Of a DNA stretch of 64,000 bases, positions 58,153 to 64,000 are shown piece by piece. Each line of letters opens with the position of its first letter. Position 1 is the first letter of the stretch. Source of the DNA: an uncultured delta proteobacterium (GTDB taxonomy: Bacteria; Myxococcota; Kuafuiibacteriia; Kuafuiibacteriales; Kuafuiibacteriaceae); NCBI GenBank assembly GCA_963803435.1, contig CAWDML010000009.1, positions 1,408,001 through 1,472,000 of the forward strand, in the 5' to 3' direction. The translations under genes were made by a program, and so were the position numbers. The notes beneath the pieces were generated by a model. That model was not told the DNA's origin, ran no database searches, and saw only the letters and a list, made by a program, of their open reading frames with translations.

Positions 58153-60091
58153 TCAGAGGGCCCGCGGGTCGGTCAGCTTCCCGGTGATCGCCGACGCCGC
58201 GGCCACCGCCGGCGACACCAGGTACACCGGCCCGGGCGCGCCCATGCGCCGATCGAAGTTGCGGTTCGTGGTGCTGGCCGTGGTCTCGCCCTCGAGCGGG
58301 ATTCCGGGCCCGTTGCCGATGCACGCTGCCGCAGCCCGGCTCGGTGACGACCGCGCCCAGCTCGCGCAGCATCGTCAGGATCCCCTCGGCCTCCGCCGCG
58401 CGCGCGACCTCCGCGCTCGACGGCGTGACCGTCACGCGGACGCCCCGATGGAAGCGGTGCGCCCTTGCAGGACGCCGGCCGCCGCGCGCAGGTCGGCCAG
58501 CGATCCGCCGGTGCAGGAGGCGATCACCACGTTGTGGATCGGGACATCCCGCGTTCGACGCGAGCGGCGCGCGGTTGCGCGAGTCGCCGGGAGTGGCGAC
58601 GGTGAGCGGCACGTCGTCGAGGTCGATCTCGATCGTCCGCACGTACTCGGCCCCTTGGTCCGGAGACACGAACCCCGACTCGTCGACCGAGCCGCGGCGC
58701 TCCGCCAGAAAGCGGCGCACCGGGTCGCACGGCTCCACGATCCCGGTCATGAGGCCGCCCTCGACCGTCATGTTGGTGAGCACGCAGAGCTCGTCGACGT
58801 TCCACTGATCGAGCCCGGGACCGCCGAACTGGATCACGCAGGTGTCGGTGGGCGAGGCCCGCCAGTGCTCCTCGCGGAAGTAGGGATCGCCGATCAGGTG
58901 GAGGATCAGATCCTTCGGCGACAGCACGCCGCGCGCGTCGCCCTAGACCACCACGCGCACCGTCTTGGGCACGGTCACCGGGATGAGCCCGGTGCGGAGC
59001 GCGAACGCCATCGCCGTGGAGCCCACGCCGAACGCGAAGGCGTTGAGCACGCCGGCGGTCGGCGTGTGGCTGTCGGTGAGGACGATGATCGTCGCCGGGG
59101 AGGGCGTAGTCCTCGACCACCACCCGATGGCAGACGCCGGCGGGGAAGGGCCGGCCGGGGCCGTGGAGGCGGATGCCGTTCCGCTGGCAGGCCTCGACCA
59201 TCTCGCGCCGTCAGCTGCCTGGCGGGCGCGAGCCGCTGGTTCCGCACCTTGAGCGGGCACCGTGTCGTGATCGATCAGCACGAAGTGGTCCTCGAACGCA
59301 GCGACCAGCTCCGGCTGGTCGCACCGGATGCCTCCCCCACTCCTCCTCGTAGAGCGCCATCACCATGCCCGCGGTGTACTCGTGCATCCCGCGGAACCCG
59401 GTGGCGCAGAGCACCTGATCGCCGGGACGGACGCTGGCCGACCCCGGTCGCCTGGCCGGCGCCGCGATACGTCCGCGCCGCGACGATCTTCTCGATGCAG
59501 GTCATCGGCCGCGCCGGCGCATCGGTGCGATAGCTGGGCGCGAGCTCGCCGGCGAGGAGCTTGGTGCCGTACCGCAAGAGCCCGCCCTCGGCGGCCACGG
59601 CGCGGAAGAACGGCGGCAGCTCGGCGGCGAGCGCAGCGAGGTCGACCTCGTCGCCGTCGATCAACCGATCGAGCACCGAGAAGTCGGTGGTGAACGGCAG
59701 GCCGCTGTAGACCATGTTCTCCTGGAAGATCCGCTGGAAGCTCTTCGCCACCACCAGCTCGATCCCGGCGCCTTGATGCGCCACCACTGCGACCTCGCGG
59801 CTCGATCCGGATGCCGTAAGCGTCGCCGCCGACGACGACCTGGAAGCCGCCGTCCTTCACCGCGTCCTTCTCGACCGTGTCCTTGAAGCTCTCGAGGAAG
59901 TACGGGCCCAGGATCTCGCCGGTGTAGCCGAGCGTGCAGGCGGCGCCGCTGATCATCGCGTCGGTGTTGACGCCGTAGGCGAGCTCGGGTGCGTCCCCGG
60001 ATCCGTACGCGCTCCGCGCAGTTCCTTCGAGCTGCTTGGCCAGCTCGCTCGCGTCGTCGGTCAGCCACAGCACCCGTCCCGCCAGCTTCAT
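58153..60091 (-). pseudogene. Aconitase-family dehydratase with N-terminal swivel (LeuD-like) domain fused to a LeuC-like large domain; many frameshifts and one in-frame TAG
   Basis: Reconstructed motifs VNTD, YGSGSSRE, VVAKSFQRIF, EGGL, MTCIEKI, EDH, GVCH, TDSHT, IASCTGG, PGCGACIG, STTNRNF. True pseudogene versus assembly error is unresolved. Confidence 0.7.
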
Positions 60092-60130
60092 CGCTCCGAG
60101 GATGAGCGCTCGGGCAAACGTCCTCAAGAT

Positions 60131-60146
60131 GGACCATAATTGGTCC
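60131..60146. promoter_or_regulatory. Inverted repeat in the divergent LysR/dehydratase promoter region (candidate operator)
   Basis: GGACCA-TAAT-TGGTCC in an AT-richer intergenic stretch. Confidence 0.5.
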
Positions 60147-60177
60147 CTAAATGCATCGTTCATGATACATTTTTCGG

Positions 60178-61140
60178 GTGATCGGCCGCAGCCACCTCGA
60201 GGCCTATCTGGAGGTCATCCAGCACGGAAGCCTCCAGGCCGCCGCCCGGGCGAGCGGCCGCTCCCGCGCGACCTACCAGCGCCACCTGGCCGAGCTCCGC
60301 GCGGCCTTCGATGCGCCCGTGCTGATCCGGCGCGCTCCGGGGCAACGGCAGGGGATCGTCACGCCCGCCGGCGACGAGCTGGCGCGCCGCGCCCGCGTCA
60401 TGCTCAGGCGGTTCGATCAATGGCTGGCGACCACGCGCGATGCCATCGGCGAGTCGGAGAAGAGCCTGCGCGTGGGCGCGCTCGCCGGGTCGTTCGATCT
60501 GATCGCGGACCTCCTGGCCGAGCTCAAGCGGGAGCTCCCGGAGATCCCGCTCCGGATCGTCGAGTACCCCGGCGATCGCATCGTCGACGCCGTGATCGCC
60601 GGTGACGTCGACCTCGGCTTCGGCCCCCTCGATCCCGACGGGGTCCCGAAGGACCTTCGCTTCGTCGCCCTGGGGCCTCTCCCCTGGGCGGTGATCGTGC
60701 CGGAGAGCGCACGGGCGTCGTTCCCCGATCCGATCGAGCTCGCCGATCTCGACGGCATCCCGCTGGTGGTCCATCGCGCCGGTCCCGCCCGCCGTCGCCT
60801 CGAGCGGCAGTTCGCCGCCGGCCTGCACACCCTCAACGCCGCCTATGAGGTGGAGTCGACGCCGCGGATCGTCGACATGGTGCAGCGCGGCTTCGGCCCG
60901 GCCGTGGTCAGCCAGTTCCGGCTGGCGTTCCTCCCCCGCGGCGTCGCGGTGCTCCGGCTGGCCGGCGGCCCCAAGCCGCTGACGGCCGGCGTGTTCCTCC
61001 GCCGCGGCCGCCGCCTGGTCGGCCCCAGCAAGGCCCTCGTGGATCGGGCCCGCGCGCGCTTCACGCTCCTCAGCTCGCCAGGCGCGCCTTCCGCATCTGT
61101 ACCTTCACCCAGCCGTCCGTCTTCCACACCGACGCCGTGA
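60178..61140 (+). CDS. LysR-family transcriptional regulator
   Basis: HLEAYLEVIQHGSLQAAAR HTH, VTPAG, LRVGA, GDVDLG, MVQRGFG. Confidence 0.9.
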   Translation: MIGRSHLEAYLEVIQHGSLQAAARASGRSRATYQRHLAELRAAFDAPVLIRRAPGQRQGIVTPAGDELARRARVMLRRFDQWLATTRDAIGESEKSLRVGALAGSFDLIADLLAELKRELPEIPLRIVEYPGDRIVDAVIAGDVDLGFGPLDPDGVPKDLRFVALGPLPWAVIVPESARASFPDPIELADLDGIPLVVHRAGPARRRLERQFAAGLHTLNAAYEVESTPRIVDMVQRGFGPAVVSQFRLAFLPRGVAVLRLAGGPKPLTAGVFLRRGRRLVGPSKALVDRARARFTLLSSPGAPSASVPSPSRPSSTPTP

Positions 61141-61723
61141 TCCGATGCGTCTCGGTCGTCTCCACGGAGCGCCAGCAGGTCGCGTCCTGCGCCTCGAAGC
61201 CGAAGGTGGCGAGCGCTCCGCCCAGCGCCTCGTCGCTCGGCATCTCCACGGTCTCCTCGAGCACCTCTGCGGTCATGATCGCGAGGGGGTTCACGATCAC
61301 GCGCTTCTCGAGCCGCGCCGGCTCCCCGCCGAGCCGGAGGAGCCGGCGGACCAGGTTCTGGAACATCTCGCTGGTCTCGACCGGGGCGCCGTGATCCGGG
61401 GGCCAGGGCTGCAGGAACTCGACCACCAGGTAACGGTCGGCCTCGAGGGTCAGGATCACGTCCTCGAGCTCGAAGCGTCCGTCGTCGAGGGGTGTCCACC
61501 CGTGCCGGAACGCGTCCTCCGAGGCCTCCTCCAGCAGCTCGGCCAGCTCCGGGGCGTCCGGCTCCGGGGACAGCTCGATCCGCCTGCGACGGAACGCGTC
61601 CGTGCCCGCGCGCCACTCGTCCTCGGTCCGCGCCAGGCGGCAGCCGCCCGGCACCACCTCGGCGAACGGGGCCGCGACATCGGGCCAGAAGCTCTCGATC
61701 TGGGTCAGGCTCGGCAGATCCAT
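61070..61723 (-). CDS. Hypothetical acidic protein
   Basis: 217-aa ORF with native codon bias; 3' end overlaps the LysR gene convergently. Confidence 0.6.
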   Translation of the reverse strand: MDLPSLTQIESFWPDVAAPFAEVVPGGCRLARTEDEWRAGTDAFRRRRIELSPEPDAPELAELLEEASEDAFRHGWTPLDDGRFELEDVILTLEADRYLVVEFLQPWPPDHGAPVETSEMFQNLVRRLLRLGGEPARLEKRVIVNPLAIMTAEVLEETVEMPSDEALGGALATFGFEAQDATCWRSVETTETHRITASVWKTDGWVKVQMRKARLAS

Positions 61724-61814
61724 GGCGGGCGATCGATCGGGACGCGCACGATGCGATCGCTTCGCCCGACGGTCAACCTCGACGCCCGACCCCCGATCGT
61801 GTCACCTCGGGTCG

Positions 61815-62501
61815 ATGGAGCTGATCTTCATCCGCCACGCACAGCCGGCGTGGGTCGACGGGGACAAGAGCCGGATCGATCCTGCGCTCTCACCGCTGGG
61901 CCGCCGGCAGGCCGAGGCCCTCGCCGAGCACGCGCGCGAGTGGAGCCGCGCCGACGAGCTCTTCGTCTCACCGGCCGTCCGCGCCCGCGAGACCGCGCAC
62001 CCCCTCGCCGAGCGCCTCGGCCTTCGCGCACAGTGCGTCGAATGGTTCGACGAGCTCCGCCTCCCCGCGCACTGGGAGGGGGCGCCGGCCGAGCGCGTGT
62101 CCGCGCTGCTCAGCAACGCGCGCAGTCGCACCCGCCTGGAGTGGGAGAACGGGATCGAGGCCGCCGAGCCCTTCGCGGCGTTCGAGCACCGGATCGTCGT
62201 CGGCCTCCGGGCGCTCCTCGCCGAGCGCGGCGTGACCCCGGCCGTCGGCGAGCACCCCGGCGACTGGCAGATTGCACAGCCGGCGCGGCGTCTCATCTTC
62301 GTCGGGCACAACGGCAGCAACGCTGTCGCCATCGGCCACCTGCTCGGCCTCCCCAGCGTCCCCTGGCCCTGGGAGCGGCTGGTGGCGATGCACGCCTCGA
62401 TCTCGCGGGTGAAGTCGAGCGCCCTCCTCGGCGGCCACATCTTCGGCCTCCGCGACCACAGCAACGTCGGCTACCTGGAGAGGTCGCTCCGCTCCAGGTG
62501 A
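61815..62501 (+). CDS. Histidine phosphatase (phosphoglycerate mutase-like) family protein
   Basis: MELIFIRHA, LSPLGRRQA, VSPAVRARETA, FVGHNG. Confidence 0.9.
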   Translation: MELIFIRHAQPAWVDGDKSRIDPALSPLGRRQAEALAEHAREWSRADELFVSPAVRARETAHPLAERLGLRAQCVEWFDELRLPAHWEGAPAERVSALLSNARSRTRLEWENGIEAAEPFAAFEHRIVVGLRALLAERGVTPAVGEHPGDWQIAQPARRLIFVGHNGSNAVAIGHLLGLPSVPWPWERLVAMHASISRVKSSALLGGHIFGLRDHSNVGYLERSLRSR

Positions 62502-62637
62502 GCGGGCCGAGCCTCGTCCGCTGGAGGTGGATCGGTGCTGCCTGGGCGGCTACACCGGGCCACCCCCGGTCGGTCGGTTGACGGATGCGCCGATCGGCGC
62601 TGTCCCGGCCGCATCGCCTGCGCTACCACTCGCGGCC

Positions 62638-62772
62638 GTGATCGCGGTGTTCGAGAGCTTCAACGAGTGGCTTCGCCTGAGCGGCGCGCACGTGGCGGCC
62701 GCGATCATCGTCTTCGCGATCCAGCCCGGTGTGGAGTTGCCGCCCCTGATCCTCCGGCTATTCTCAGCCTGA
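62638..62772 (+). CDS. Possible small hydrophobic protein
   Basis: 44 aa from GTG 62638, stopping just before the next gene's start. Confidence 0.3.
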   Translation: MIAVFESFNEWLRLSGAHVAAAIIVFAIQPGVELPPLILRLFSA

Positions 62773-62773
62773 G

Positions 62774-64000
62774 TTGACCGTCCGGACCTTCGCTGAACGC
62801 ATCCTCTTCGGCGCCACGCTCGCGGACAAGCTCGCCGCCGACGAGCCGCTGGCGGACGACGAGCCGGGGCGTGCCATCGCGGTTCCGCCGGCTCCGGCGC
62901 GGCCGGCTGCGCTCGCCTTTCCCACCGAGAAGGTCCCCTTCGAGTTTCCCGACAAGCGGCAGCTCGACGACGACGGGCTGCGGGGGCGCGCGCTCCACTT
63001 CTTCGCCAACCACGAGCTCCTCGCCCTCGAGCTGATGGCCCTGGTGCTGCTCCGCTTCCCCGAGGCGCCCTCGTCGTTTCGCGCCGGGTTGGTGCACACC
63101 ATGCTCGACGAGCAGAAACACCTCCGCCTCTACCGCGCGCGCATGGCGGCGCTCGGCGTCGAGCTGGGCGACGTCAAGGTCAACGACTACTTCTGGCGCG
63201 CGATGAAGGACGTCCGCTCGCCGCTCGACTTCGTGATCTCGATGAGCCTCACCTTCGAGCAGGCCAACCTCGACTTCACTCGACACTACGCCGGGCTCTG
63301 TCGCAGCGCCGGCGACGAAGCGACCGCCGACATCCTCGACGCCGTTCAGGCCGACGAGGTCCGGCACGTGCAGCACGGGGTGCGCTGGCTCGAGGCGTGG
63401 CGCGACCCGGAGGAGGACGACTGGGACGCCTACCGCCTCCACCTCGCGCCGCCCCTGTCCCCCGCCCGCGCCAAGGGGCCCGACTTCGATCGGGAGGCCC
63501 GGCGGCGCGCCGGACTCTCGGAGCGCTTCATCCGCGAGCTCGCCGTCTTCCAGCACAGCAAGGGCCGGACGCCGGTGGTACACGCGTTCGACGCCGCCAG
63601 CGAGGAGGCGATCGAGGCCGGCCCTCGCTACTCCCCGCCGGCCGCGATCCTCGACGCCGAGCACGATCTCGCGCCGCTGATGCTCTTCCTGGCGGCCAAC
63701 GACGACGTGGTCCTGGTTCCGGTCCGCCCGTCGACCGCGCATCTCGAGTCTCTCATCGCTGCCGGGTTCGCGGTCCCCGAGCTGCGCACCCTCGACGAGC
63801 CGCTCGCCGGCCCTTTCGAGCGCTTCTCGGGTTGGGGCGCCGGCCCCCGCTCCCGCGCGCGTGCGGAGCGCCTCGGGCTGTCGCTCGATCCCGCGCCGCC
63901 GGAGGTCGTCTCCCGCCGCTTCTCGCATGCGCTCCGCCAGCGCCTGAGCCCCGACACCAGCGCGATCGCCACCTCGGTCGAGGAGGCACGCGCCGCAGCC
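62774..64000 (+). CDS. DUF455 ferritin-like protein with C-terminal extension; 3' end beyond the window
   Basis: Manual translation from TTG 62774: LHFFANHELLALELM, DEQKH, FEQANLD, DEVRHVQHG (ExxH di-iron pattern). Confidence 0.82.
   Translation, partial: MTVRTFAERILFGATLADKLAADEPLADDEPGRAIAVPPAPARPAALAFPTEKVPFEFPDKRQLDDDGLRGRALHFFANHELLALELMALVLLRFPEAPSSFRAGLVHTMLDEQKHLRLYRARMAALGVELGDVKVNDYFWRAMKDVRSPLDFVISMSLTFEQANLDFTRHYAGLCRSAGDEATADILDAVQADEVRHVQHGVRWLEAWRDPEEDDWDAYRLHLAPPLSPARAKGPDFDREARRRAGLSERFIRELAVFQHSKGRTPVVHAFDAASEEAIEAGPRYSPPAAILDAEHDLAPLMLFLAANDDVVLVPVRPSTAHLESLIAAGFAVPELRTLDEPLAGPFERFSGWGAGPRSRARAERLGLSLDPAPPEVVSRRFSHALRQRLSPDTSAIATSVEEARAAA

Overview
High-GC chromosomal window that looks like Myxococcota (inferred from a MYXO-CTERM protein, HRDVSPQN-type Ser/Thr kinases with PEGA-like tails, a DUF4388-like protein and myxobacterial-type outer-membrane beta-barrels). 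Housekeeping genes (ffh, relA/spoT, purM, purN, ridA, yfgM-bamB-like pair) are mixed with many envelope and signalling genes. Two loci stand out. (1) 46175-57525 is a tightly coupled operon with a flagellar-type MotA/MotB stator beside a membrane-anchored protein that seems to fuse a FliF-like ring motif to FliG middle and C-terminal domains. It also has OM beta-barrels, TPR proteins, lipoproteins and a TonB-C-like protein, but no other flagellar genes: a candidate flagellum-independent rotary motor. (2) 12194-13252 is non-coding: seven 11-bp TTG-N5-CAA-type boxes at an exact 41-bp period, a sigma70-like promoter, and a ~640-nt highly structured RNA candidate closed by a perfect 14-bp terminal helix. 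Also present: a 389-bp internally deleted IS5-family element with TIRs and a TTA target duplication, and repeated +1 frameshifts at GATC sites, probably a long-read methylation artefact. All calls were made by eye; no database searches were run.
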